This document shows, piece after piece, positions 38,685 through 46,951 of a stretch of DNA of 64,000 nucleotides. Made by a program: the position numbers and the translations under genes. Position 1 is the stretch's first letter, and each line of letters opens with the position of its first letter. The DNA is from Vicinamibacterales bacterium. Lineage in GTDB: Bacteria > Acidobacteriota > Vicinamibacteria > Vicinamibacterales > JAKQTR01. Under the pieces are notes generated by a model. The model saw only the letters and a program-made list of their open reading frames with translations. It was not told the DNA's origin and made no database searches. The stretch is from the NCBI GenBank assembly GCA_025456345.1, contig JALOKU010000009.1, positions 19,255 to 83,254 of the forward strand, written 5' to 3'.

Positions 38685-41135
38685 TCAGATTCGGGGTGGC
38701 CCGGCACCCGATTCGGCCAGCCCCCGGAAACCCGTGCCGCGTACGAAGAACGGGCCGGCCGCCCCCGTGGAGCGGCCGGCCCGGCGTGCGATCGAGGTGA
38801 CGGGCGCCAAGAACGTGTAGAGCAGGCGCGCGGCGAACGTGCTGCCGTTGTACGGCCGGTTGCCGTACCCGGTTGTCAGGCCGCCCAGGTAGTCGATCCT
38901 CGGCTGATCGGTGCCCGGGAGGTTGATGGTCGCGAAATCGCTGATGCTGAGCTTCTCGTAGAAATACCCGATCGCGAAGCCGACTTTCGCGTTGAACGAG
39001 TACTTCAGGTCAATCATGAACTGCTGCCAGTCGTTGGTCACGTCCGGCAGCTGCTCGAACGTCCGGAAGCCGTTCGCGTCGATCGTGTTGAACAGGGTCA
39101 CGGTGCGCGGCCCGCCCAGCACGAAGGCGTTGTCCGAGTCGCTGTAGTTGTACGCGAACCGGATGCCCGTGTTCTTGAACATGTTGAGCAGGTCGACGTA
39201 GACGTCGACGTTGTTGACCTTCTCGTCGTTGTCGAGCGTCCAGTCGCGGTTCGGGTCCGTCCAGGACGGATCCGGCGGCGGGTTGGCGTTGCGCGCCCGC
39301 TGGTAGGTACTGAAGTCGTCGCGGCCGTAGTTGACGCCCATCGCGACGTGGTCGCTCGGCGTGTAGTTGACGCCGACGTTGTACGCCGTATTGGTCACGT
39401 CGAACAACCCGAACTCCATGCCCGGGCCGCCGTAGTGGTCGTCGGTGTACGTGACCGACGCCGTGAAGTCCATCGTCTGGAACGGCGTCAGGGTCACCAT
39501 GGCGTTGAAGCGGTTCCGCTCGCGGTCCGCTTCGTCGTAGAAACGCAGCCCGGGCTGCGCCGCCGCGTCCTCGACGGCCTGCTCGGAAAAGCCGAAGCCC
39601 GTGCGGTCGATGTACTCGTACCCCACGCGCACCGACAGCCACGCCGTGCCGACGGTGTCCCAGGTCAGCCGCATGCCCTGATCCCGCATGTCGTTGTGCG
39701 TCCGGCCCGTGCGGTCGTAGTTGTCGTAGAGGTAGCCGACGCGCAGGGTCGAGTAGGCCAGCGGGGAGAACGACACCGACGCGTCGAAGGTGTCACGGAT
39801 GACGCTGTGGCCTTCGGCGAACTCTCCAGGGGTCTCCTCGGACACCGCGTCGAATCGCACGTTCTCGTCGTACGGGAACGGCCGCGAGATGTTCGAATGG
39901 GTGTTGTGGCGGTATTTCGCGTTGACGCCCATCCAGCGCACCGGGCGCGACGTGAAGTTGACGAGCGCGTTGACGCCGCGCACCTTCGCCTCGGCGGTCG
40001 GCCTCGGGAGTGCGGCGAGGTGCGGGAACAGCGCCCACACGCTCGGCTGGTTGATCTGCGCGTTGCTCGTCCAGGGGATCAGATCGTCGTCGTTGCTCTG
40101 GTCGCTGACCTGGACGGTCCCGTTCAGCGTCGTGGTGCGGTTGAACTTGTACAACCCCATGAAGCTGACGACCGTCATGGAATTGTCCGGGAACGAGGAG
40201 ATCCGGCCGCGGGCCGCGCCGTTGCCGTTGCTGTAGCCGTTGGCGTCGTACGGGCCGCTCGGCGGCTGCAGGCCGTTGTTGTAGTCGGTGAGGTTCAGCG
40301 GGTTGTCCCACAGCACGTCGTTGAACTGGTTCGAGAACATCGAGCGCTCGAACGCGGCCCGGAACATGCCCTGCGGCCGCACCCACTCGACGGCGGCGCC
40401 GAAGTCGTTGGTGCGGTTGTCGAGCTGCACCGGCAGCTCGTTCGCGTTGCTGAACGCGTGAGACATGCCGAACGGCTGGTAGCCCGACTTCTTGGTGCTC
40501 GTGAAGTCGACCGACAGCGCGACGTCGTTCGTCATGTCGTAGCCGAACTTGACGCCGGTCGTATCGCGGCGCGACTGCATCTCGAAGGTCTGCGCCTGGG
40601 CTCGGTAGACCGAGGTCAGCTGGTTCTGCAGGTAGTTCGTGGGAATGGCCACAAACCCCGGAGGCAGCGGAGTCACCGGAGCCGGGTAGCGGCTCTTCTG
40701 CACCTGGTTCTGGACGGCATCGTCGAGCACCCAGGAGTTCGCCGACGCCTCGCGCCACGGCGTGAGGCAGTTGTAGCAGTAGTTCAGCGGGATCGAGTCG
40801 TACAGGAACGAGAACCTGAACTTGCTGTTCTGGTAGTCGACCGCGTACTGCTGGTCGCGGTAGCCGATGTTCTTCGCCGTCACGTCGAGCAGATAGCCGT
40901 CGGTCTGTTTCCCGAACACGCAATTGGTGAACAACCCGCTTCGCAGGTCGCGGTACCGCTCGAAGCGGGCCTCGTCACCATTCGCGTCCGTGACGCGGAC
41001 CCCGACGTCCGCCATGCCGGTCACGCCCCAGGGGGCGTTGCCCGAAGTCGCCTCGGCGGGCTTCGTCTGCGCCTTCGCGTGGATCGCGGAGGCGAGCAGA
41101 AGCGCCGCAGTCACCGTCACTACTCTGTTGCGCAT
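38685..41135 (-). CDS. mtrB: MtrB/PioB/MtoB family outer-membrane beta-barrel porin (natural end probably ...LLYTF at 38811)
   Basis: Signal peptide, 'ARFERYRDL', beta-strand pattern, C-terminal aromatic beta-signal; follows a decaheme gene; GAGGAGG ribosome-binding site. Confidence 0.85.
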   Translation of the reverse strand: MRNRVVTVTAALLLASAIHAKAQTKPAEATSGNAPWGVTGMADVGVRVTDANGDEARFERYRDLRSGLFTNCVFGKQTDGYLLDVTAKNIGYRDQQYAVDYQNSKFRFSFLYDSIPLNYCYNCLTPWREASANSWVLDDAVQNQVQKSRYPAPVTPLPPGFVAIPTNYLQNQLTSVYRAQAQTFEMQSRRDTTGVKFGYDMTNDVALSVDFTSTKKSGYQPFGMSHAFSNANELPVQLDNRTNDFGAAVEWVRPQGMFRAAFERSMFSNQFNDVLWDNPLNLTDYNNGLQPPSGPYDANGYSNGNGAARGRISSFPDNSMTVVSFMGLYKFNRTTTLNGTVQVSDQSNDDDLIPWTSNAQINQPSVWALFPHLAALPRPTAEAKVRGVNALVNFTSRPVRWMGVNAKYRHNTHSNISRPFPYDENVRFDAVSEETPGEFAEGHSVIRDTFDASVSFSPLAYSTLRVGYLYDNYDRTGRTHNDMRDQGMRLTWDTVGTAWLSVRVGYEYIDRTGFGFSEQAVEDAAAQPGLRFYDEADRERNRFNAMVTLTPFQTMDFTASVTYTDDHYGGPGMEFGLFDVTNTAYNVGVNYTPSDHVAMGVNYGRDDFSTYQRARNANPPPDPSWTDPNRDWTLDNDEKVNNVDVYVDLLNMFKNTGIRFAYNYSDSDNAFVLGGPRTVTLFNTIDANGFRTFEQLPDVTNDWQQFMIDLKYSFNAKVGFAIGYFYEKLSISDFATINLPGTDQPRIDYLGGLTTGYGNRPYNGSTFAARLLYTFLAPVTSIARRAGRSTGAAGPFFVRGTGFRGLAESGAGPPRI
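38746..38783 (-). terminator. Intrinsic terminator after mtrB
   Basis: 12-bp stem CGGGCCGGCCGC / GCGGCCGGCCCG followed by UUCUU on the minus strand. Confidence 0.6.
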
Positions 41136-41150
41136 CGCAATCCTCCTCAA

Positions 41151-42106
41151 TTAGCGCAGGAAGGCCTTGCCGTTCGGAGAGTTGGAGCCGTGCACCATCT
41201 GGTGGCACACGACGCAGGAACGGCCGTAGATCCTGTTGGCGTTCTGCGAGTTCTTCAGCAGGTAGCCATCGTAAATCGTCGGGGGGTGCCGCGACGTCAC
41301 GTGGCAGCGCTGGCAGAGGTAGGGCTGCTTGGCGACGAGCATCCGGTCGTTGTTCGAGCCGTGCGGGTCGTGGTGGTGGCGCAGCTGTCGGCCACCGGCG
41401 CGTGCTCCCACATGTACGGGCCGCGCTTCTCGGCGTGGCAGCTCGTGCAGCTCTCGTCAATCGTCGTGCCCGTCTTGAGCAGTCTCTGGTTCGAGCTGCC
41501 GTGCACGTTGTGGCACGACGCGCACGTCATCTTGCCTTCGCGCACCGGCATGTGGTTGAACCGGTTCTGCTTGTTCACGACGGCCCGGTGGCAGGACGCG
41601 CAGAGCGCAGACTGGTCCTTCGCCTTCAGCAGTCCGGCATCGCTCTTCGGCGAGTGGATGCTGTGGCAGCTCATGCAGCCGACGTTCCGGTTGTCGTGCT
41701 GGCTGCCGGCCCAGAGGGCGTGGGATTTGCGGTCGTGGCAGCTCGTGCACAGCGCGCTCGCGTCCTGCGCCGACAGCTTCGAGATCTGCGTGATTTTCGT
41801 TTTGTCGCCGCCGGCCTCGGCGTGGGCCTTCCCCGCGCCGTGGCAGCTCTCGCAACCCATCGTCGCGTTGGGGGTCTTCGGGTTGAACGCGCGGGCGTGC
41901 GCGCCGGCCTTGGTGACGGCGCTCTGGCCTTCGTGACAGCCCAGGCACGTGTCCTGACCGGCGTAGTCGGCGGCGGTGGCCACCGGGGCCTTGGCCGCCG
42001 CCGGCTTCTGCGTCGCCGCCGATGCCGTCCCCACGGACGCGAGCCAGGCGGCCACCAGGCCGGCCAGCGCTACCCCTCGGATGAGGGTCCTGCAAACAGA
42101 ATGCAT
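41151..42106 (-). CDS. mtrA: MtrA/DmsE/MtoA family periplasmic decaheme cytochrome c, frameshifted at about 41373 (sequencing error or pseudogene)
   Basis: Seven CxxCH in the upstream frame, a broken 8th motif (CAT-[ac]-HDPHGS) and two more (CQRCH, CVVCH) in the downstream frame ending 'HGSNSPNGKAFLR'; 'EKRGPYMWEHAPV' family motif. Confidence 0.88.
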
Positions 42107-42302
42107 GGCGTGCTCCTTGAGTAGAATCCAGCAGGATCCGGCCAAAGGACCGAATCCGCCGATTCGAGTGCAGACAGAATGCCCGTTCACGCCCGGAGAA
42201 CTACCACACACCTCCCGAATGAACAGTCGGGCTGTTTGCTGGTCAATCGTCAACTAAATCGACGCATTCGCAGATAACCGTCGGTTGACGACAGATATTG
42301 CC

Positions 42303-42360
42303 GGAAAACCGACAGGCTCAGGCAGTATCCAATCCAACCGATTGGATTATTGCCCTGTCG
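42303..42360 (-). terminator. Long stem-loop directly after the imcH-like stop (terminator or operator)
   Basis: CGACAGG...AATCCAA-CCGA-TTGGATT...CCTGTCG nested inverted repeats, followed by GUUUU on the minus strand. Confidence 0.45.
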
Positions 42361-42369
42361 TGAATTGCA

Positions 42370-43752
42370 CTACTCGATGGTGTGGCAGAGGCTGCAGTCC
42401 TGGGAGATCACCTTCCCGGCCCGGCTCTTGTGGCTGTCGTCGTGGCAGCGGAAACACCCCGCATAGGAGCTCGGGCCGGGGTCGCTGTGCCCGACGTTGT
42501 TCGGGTACGTTCCCCAGGTGACGTTCATGGCAGGAAACACGTTGCGGGCGAACACATGCTGCGCGGTGGCCACGGCCCGGTCCACCGATGCCTTCGGCAC
42601 GTTCGCGGCATCCTTGTAGAACGCCGTGAGGCCGTTCTGGATGCCCCGGAAGGCTGCGGCCCTATCGGGATAGGCCACCTTCAACACCTTGACCGCCTCG
42701 CGCCGGATGAACGGCATCGCCGAGTCGAAGCCGCCGGCCGCAATCGCCTCGTCGACGGCCCGCTCGGCGGAGTACGCAAAGGTGTGCGACGGCCGGTTGT
42801 GGCAGTCCACGCAGTCGAGTACGCGCCGCTCGCCCTTCAACGACGCGGCGTCGGCGACACCATCGGCGAGGAACTCCGTGACGTTGCCCTTGCCATCGTC
42901 GAGCCTCACGTACGGAATGACCTGGCGCTTGTCGTCGGTCGCGATGTACTCGATGCGGTTCTGCCGCGAGACGTGCCAGTGGATGCCGGTGGCGGACTTG
43001 TCGAGCCGGTTGACCCCGCCGATGTGCATCCGCAGCGTCGTCACCGATTCGGTGTTCGCCTCGTCGTCGGCGTACGTGCGGATGGTGCGGATCTTGTCGC
43101 CGTGGAACTTCTCCGGCCAGTGGCACTGCTCGCAGGTGTCGCGGGCCGGGCGCAGGTCCGTGACCGGCGACGGGATCGGCCGCGAGTGCGTGTTGAAGGT
43201 GACGGCGTAGACCTGCCGGAGCCCCGACATCTTGGACTTGACGAACCAGCTGGCGCCCGGCCCGATGTGGCACTGCACGCACACCACGCGGGAGTGCGGG
43301 CTGTCCTGGTAGCCGGCCCATTGCGGTTCCATCACCTCGTGGCACAGCTGGCCGCAGAACTGCGGAGAGTCCATGTACTCGATGCCGGCAAAGGCGGCCA
43401 CCAGCACGATCAGGAGGTTCGCGATCGTGGACGCGAGGAAGATCGCCGTGGCGCGGCGCTGGGTGACGTCGTTCAGGTCGATCTTCGGCCACGAGGGGCG
43501 CCAGGCGGTCAATCCGGCCGCATCGCGCCGGTGGGCCAGCCAGACCCCGAGGGGCATGAGGACGAGGCCCGCGACGAACAGCCCGGGGAGAATCAGGAAG
43601 AACAGCATCCCCACGTACGGGTTGGCGTGCATGCCCGCCAGTTCGAGGAGCAGGAACGCCAGGAAGAGGATGGCGCCGGTCGTGGTCAGCGCGGCCCCGA
43701 AGATCGTGATGGCGTTCTTGAACAGCGAGAAACGCGTGTGCGCTGGGCTCAT
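42370..43752 (-). CDS. NapC/NirT-domain membrane multiheme cytochrome c (ImcH-like)
   Basis: Three N-terminal TM helices; CGQLCH (CX3CH), CVQCH, CEQCH, CVDCH, CFRCH, CSLCH; NapC motif 'KSKMSGLRQ'; extra C-terminal periplasmic domain. Confidence 0.82.
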   Translation of the reverse strand: MSPAHTRFSLFKNAITIFGAALTTTGAILFLAFLLLELAGMHANPYVGMLFFLILPGLFVAGLVLMPLGVWLAHRRDAAGLTAWRPSWPKIDLNDVTQRRATAIFLASTIANLLIVLVAAFAGIEYMDSPQFCGQLCHEVMEPQWAGYQDSPHSRVVCVQCHIGPGASWFVKSKMSGLRQVYAVTFNTHSRPIPSPVTDLRPARDTCEQCHWPEKFHGDKIRTIRTYADDEANTESVTTLRMHIGGVNRLDKSATGIHWHVSRQNRIEYIATDDKRQVIPYVRLDDGKGNVTEFLADGVADAASLKGERRVLDCVDCHNRPSHTFAYSAERAVDEAIAAGGFDSAMPFIRREAVKVLKVAYPDRAAAFRGIQNGLTAFYKDAANVPKASVDRAVATAQHVFARNVFPAMNVTWGTYPNNVGHSDPGPSSYAGCFRCHDDSHKSRAGKVISQDCSLCHTIE

Positions 43753-43776
43753 AGGATGGCGACCGTTCCCGGAACG

Positions 43777-44625
43777 CTAATTCAGGATCGCGAAGACAAT
43801 CAAGGCGACCATCAGCAGGCCGAGGACGACGGCGATGCCGCCGGCCGTGCGGCCGAGGCGGTACACCCAGCGCGGCGCCGCCGCGCTGGCCAGATCGTCG
43901 ATGCGACCCGTCCGCGTCAGGCGGGCGAACTCCTCCGGGCGCTCCTCCTCCATTTCCTTCAGCGTCACGCGGCCCGTGAACATCACCGAGTCCATCGGGA
44001 ACTTCTCCGGCCTGAGGTGCCCGGTGAAGAAGTGGAACGTGAAGATGAACACGACGGCGAGCAGCGCTTCTTCGCCGTGGACGAGCGCGGCGATGTTGAA
44101 GACCCAGCCCGGCACCACGTGCGCGAACGTCTCGGGCAGCCAGAGGATGAGGCCGGAGCCGCCGATGATCCCCATCCCCCAGAAGACCGCCCAGTAGTCG
44201 AACTTCTCCCAGTAAGTAAAGTGATCGAAGCGCGGGTGCGGGCCAGCGCCCACGAACCAGCGGATGTGGGCGATCATTTCGAAGAAGTCGCGCGGCTGGG
44301 GCACCATCGAGTTCGGCCCCCACAGGATGCCGAGGTCCTTCTGGCCGAACAGCCGGCGGAAGATCCGGCTCAGGTGAAGCACGAACACGGTGATCATCAC
44401 CACGGCACAGATGCGGTGGACAATCCCCGCGCTGCGGAACCCGCCGAAGAACCGTACGAGCGTCGCCGCCCACTCCTGGTGGCTGAACAGCAGCGGCAGG
44501 CCGGTGAAGGCCAGTCCCAGGAAGCTGAACATCAGGAATCCGTGCAGGAGCCGCTCTTCCCGGCCGAACCTCCGGTAGTGCGTATGGGCGGCCAATCGGC
44601 CGCCCTCCGGGACCTCCACGTTCAT
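43777..44625 (-). CDS. Di-heme cytochrome b subunit (FdnI/HydC-like; b domain of a CbcL-type quinol oxidoreductase)
   Basis: TM histidines RLLH, IVH, LVHGEEA, TFHFF; 'YWEKFDYWAVFWG'; ATGA overlap with the upstream cytochrome gene. Confidence 0.85.
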   Translation of the reverse strand: MNVEVPEGGRLAAHTHYRRFGREERLLHGFLMFSFLGLAFTGLPLLFSHQEWAATLVRFFGGFRSAGIVHRICAVVMITVFVLHLSRIFRRLFGQKDLGILWGPNSMVPQPRDFFEMIAHIRWFVGAGPHPRFDHFTYWEKFDYWAVFWGMGIIGGSGLILWLPETFAHVVPGWVFNIAALVHGEEALLAVVFIFTFHFFTGHLRPEKFPMDSVMFTGRVTLKEMEEERPEEFARLTRTGRIDDLASAAAPRWVYRLGRTAGGIAVVLGLLMVALIVFAILN

Positions 44626-45896
44626 TCGCCGTCCTCCGTCGCGTCGTCGTTCCTGGGGCGGCGCCATGCCCCGGCCGCCTTGAGCTGCACACTCCGCCCG
44701 AGCCACAGCACCGTGAGCAGGCCGAAGAACGAGAACACGCCCACCAGGAGCATCTTCATGAACTGGGCGGTGTAGAAGAGCGTCGGGTTCCGCTCGCGGT
44801 TCTCCGGGTCGGCGTGCGGGTCGAACTCGGCGAAGCTCGGCGTGGCGCCCTCATGGCACTGCTGGCACGTGGCCACACGCTTGGCGTCCGACACCATCGA
44901 GCGCGGGTCCGCCTTCGGGAACACGTTGTGCGCGCCATGGCAATCCGCGCACGAGGCGACGCGGGCGTACCCGAGCGCCGTGACCTGGCCGTGAAACGTG
45001 TCGCGGTAGGTCTCGAGGGAATGCTCGTGGCACGTCCCGCATTCCGTGATGACCTCGAGTTTCCATCCCTCCACGTCGGACCGGCGGATCTCGTGCGCCG
45101 TGTGGCAATTCGTGCAGACCGGCGCGAGGGGGCTACCCTTGGCGACCTGCGTCCCGTGCACGCTCTCCCAGTACTCGCGTCCGATGCCCTCGTGGCAGCT
45201 GCTGCACATGCCGGGAATCGTGGTGCGGAAGACCTTGCTCGCCGGGTCCGACTTGCGGCGGATGTCGTGGCTGCCGTGGCAGTCGGTGCACGTGGGCGCA
45301 ACGCTCAAACCGCTCTTGATGAGGGCCTTCCCGTGGATGCTGTCCTTGAAGAGATCGACGACATTGCCGATGCCGATCTGGCCGCGCTTGATGATCTCTT
45401 CGTCACCGTGGCACCGGCCGCACGTGTCGAGCAGCCGCGCATGGTGGGTGCGCGATCCCGGGTCCGCCGACGGCCTGATGTCGTGGCTGCCGTGGCAATC
45501 CGCGCAGGCGGCCGCCGAGAGATTGCCGCCCGACCGCCGCGCCTGCGCATGTACGCCCGAGTCGTACGCGGCGACGGCCTTCTCATGGCAGGTCCCGCAC
45601 TGCGCGGGCTTCAGCTTCTCGGCGTGGGGAAACTCGGCGAGCGTCGCCAGGTCCGTGTGACAGTCCACGCACGCCAGGCCGCCCATCCCGTGGATGGACT
45701 CTGCGAAGGTCTCGGGCTTGACCGCCACCGGCCGGCCGTCGGCGCGCACAGCACCGGCGTCGCTGTGGCACGCCAGGCAGTCGTCATTACTGGGAGGCTT
45801 CGGCGCGGCCGCCTTTTGCGGCGACGCCGCCGCGAATGAAACGGCGACGCCCAGCACGAGCGCAACACGGCAGCAGAGGAGGCTCACACGTATCAT
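44622..45896 (-). CDS. 11-heme periplasmic cytochrome c with C-terminal membrane anchor (c domain of a CbcL-type protein)
   Basis: Signal peptide, 11 CxxCH motifs counted, C-terminal TM 'MLLVGVFSFFGLLTVLWL'. Confidence 0.88.
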   Translation of the reverse strand: MIRVSLLCCRVALVLGVAVSFAAASPQKAAAPKPPSNDDCLACHSDAGAVRADGRPVAVKPETFAESIHGMGGLACVDCHTDLATLAEFPHAEKLKPAQCGTCHEKAVAAYDSGVHAQARRSGGNLSAAACADCHGSHDIRPSADPGSRTHHARLLDTCGRCHGDEEIIKRGQIGIGNVVDLFKDSIHGKALIKSGLSVAPTCTDCHGSHDIRRKSDPASKVFRTTIPGMCSSCHEGIGREYWESVHGTQVAKGSPLAPVCTNCHTAHEIRRSDVEGWKLEVITECGTCHEHSLETYRDTFHGQVTALGYARVASCADCHGAHNVFPKADPRSMVSDAKRVATCQQCHEGATPSFAEFDPHADPENRERNPTLFYTAQFMKMLLVGVFSFFGLLTVLWLGRSVQLKAAGAWRRPRNDDATEDGE

Positions 45897-45989
45897 GGAA
45901 ATGCCAGACACACGCAGGTTCTGAGGACTGGCCTCACCAGTTGCGTGCGGCGGCCCGCTCAGGCCGCCCGCACGGATCATGACACCGCC

Positions 45990-46205
45990 CTACAGCACGA
46001 TATCACGCGGCGGCTGGCCGGCCCGCTCATCGCGCGCGTCGTACTTCTGGCAATCGACGCAGCGGTCGAGTGCGCCGGCGCCGGTCCGCTGCCGCTCAGC
46101 CAGGCAGACCCACTGCGCCATCCAGTCTTCCATCCACATCGGCGACGGCGTGGCCGGGCGGAACTCGCTCCAGCGGCACGTCCACGGCATCCGTTCGGTG
46201 TTCAT
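45990..46205 (-). CDS. Small Trp/Cys-rich hypothetical protein
   Basis: GAAGGAG ribosome-binding site; four Cys (WTCRW, WVC, CVDC). Confidence 0.55.
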   Translation of the reverse strand: MNTERMPWTCRWSEFRPATPSPMWMEDWMAQWVCLAERQRTGAGALDRCVDCQKYDARDERAGQPPRDIVL

Positions 46206-46214
46206 GGCACTCCT

Positions 46215-46496
46215 TCGGGCGGCGCTGACAGGCGCCGCATCAGCGGCCCCTGGCCGGGGCCGCTCCCTCTCGTCTATCGCAACTGATCTGCCGCTCGGAA
46301 GATTCGCCCTGTGGATTCAGGGTCTGGAAGGATGATAAAGAGCAGGTCGTCACAGTCGGCCGTTTCATGGGCTGACCGACCGCGGTGGGTTCTAGAGGTG
46401 TCGTATGTGCGAGCCTCCCGAGCGGCCAGATCGTTGCGTTTGAGAGCTTGTCATCTACACCACGGGCCGGTCTTCGAATCGTTGTGGCCCATGCGC
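46215..46496 (-). ncRNA. Candidate structured ncRNA or leader (6S/Ms1-like architecture)
   Basis: 5' hairpin, ~28-bp irregular closing stem (46278-46307 paired with 46409-46438), large central bubble, apical hairpin and two 3' hairpins. G-U wobbles fix the minus strand; starts just after a sigma54 promoter. Confidence 0.5.
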
Positions 46497-46506
46497 CGAT
46501 ATTAAA

Positions 46507-46523
46507 TGCAAATTTGATACCAA
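46507..46523 (-). promoter_or_regulatory. Putative sigma54 (-24/-12) promoter
   Basis: Minus strand TTGGTAT-CAAAT-TTGCA (GG-N10-GC) in an AT-rich patch. Confidence 0.6.
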
Positions 46524-46626
46524 CACGAAAGGCCAGCAAAATCAACGCGCGCGCTCCGGCCGCTGGCGCGCCCTCGGCACAATTCGCGTTGCGCGCCGAC
46601 ATCGCTGCCGAAATTCCGCCACCTGA

Positions 46627-46869
46627 CTACTCCGGTGGCGGCTTCATCAGAATCCGGAACTCCGAACCCTGTTGCCGCTGGTCGGCAATGAAGCAGGTCT
46701 GAGCGCAATGCACCGACGCGCAGAAATTCACCTCGGGCTGGCACGCGGTGACATCGACCCACTCGTCCGCCAGGCCGACGATGGCGTTTGCCGCGCCGGC
46801 CACCTGATCTGGTGTCGCCCCGGGGAATCGCTTGTGAAGAACGGCCAGGACTCGCTCTCGGTCAATCAT
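46627..46869 (-). CDS. Small hypothetical protein with a Cys cluster
   Basis: 80 aa, MIDRERVLAVLHKRFPGA..., with four Cys in the C-terminal half. Confidence 0.5.
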   Translation of the reverse strand: MIDRERVLAVLHKRFPGATPDQVAGAANAIVGLADEWVDVTACQPEVNFCASVHCAQTCFIADQRQQGSEFRILMKPPPE

Positions 46870-46951
46870 GCAGGTATTCCGTCACCTGCGAACGACACGA
46901 GCAAGAGGAATGCCAAACCCGGATGGCCTCGAGAATATGCAGGAATCCTGC

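Noticed and set aside
41365-41385. Programmed ribosomal frameshift in mtrA
   Set aside because: There is no slippery heptamer, and the second Cys codon of the heme motif is absent in every frame.
38487-41936. 1149-aa plus-strand ORF (also 42382-44775, 53015-55684, 29358-31718, 3083-5032)
   Set aside because: All are antisense to clearly identifiable genes and have the Arg/Val/His-rich composition typical of shadow ORFs.
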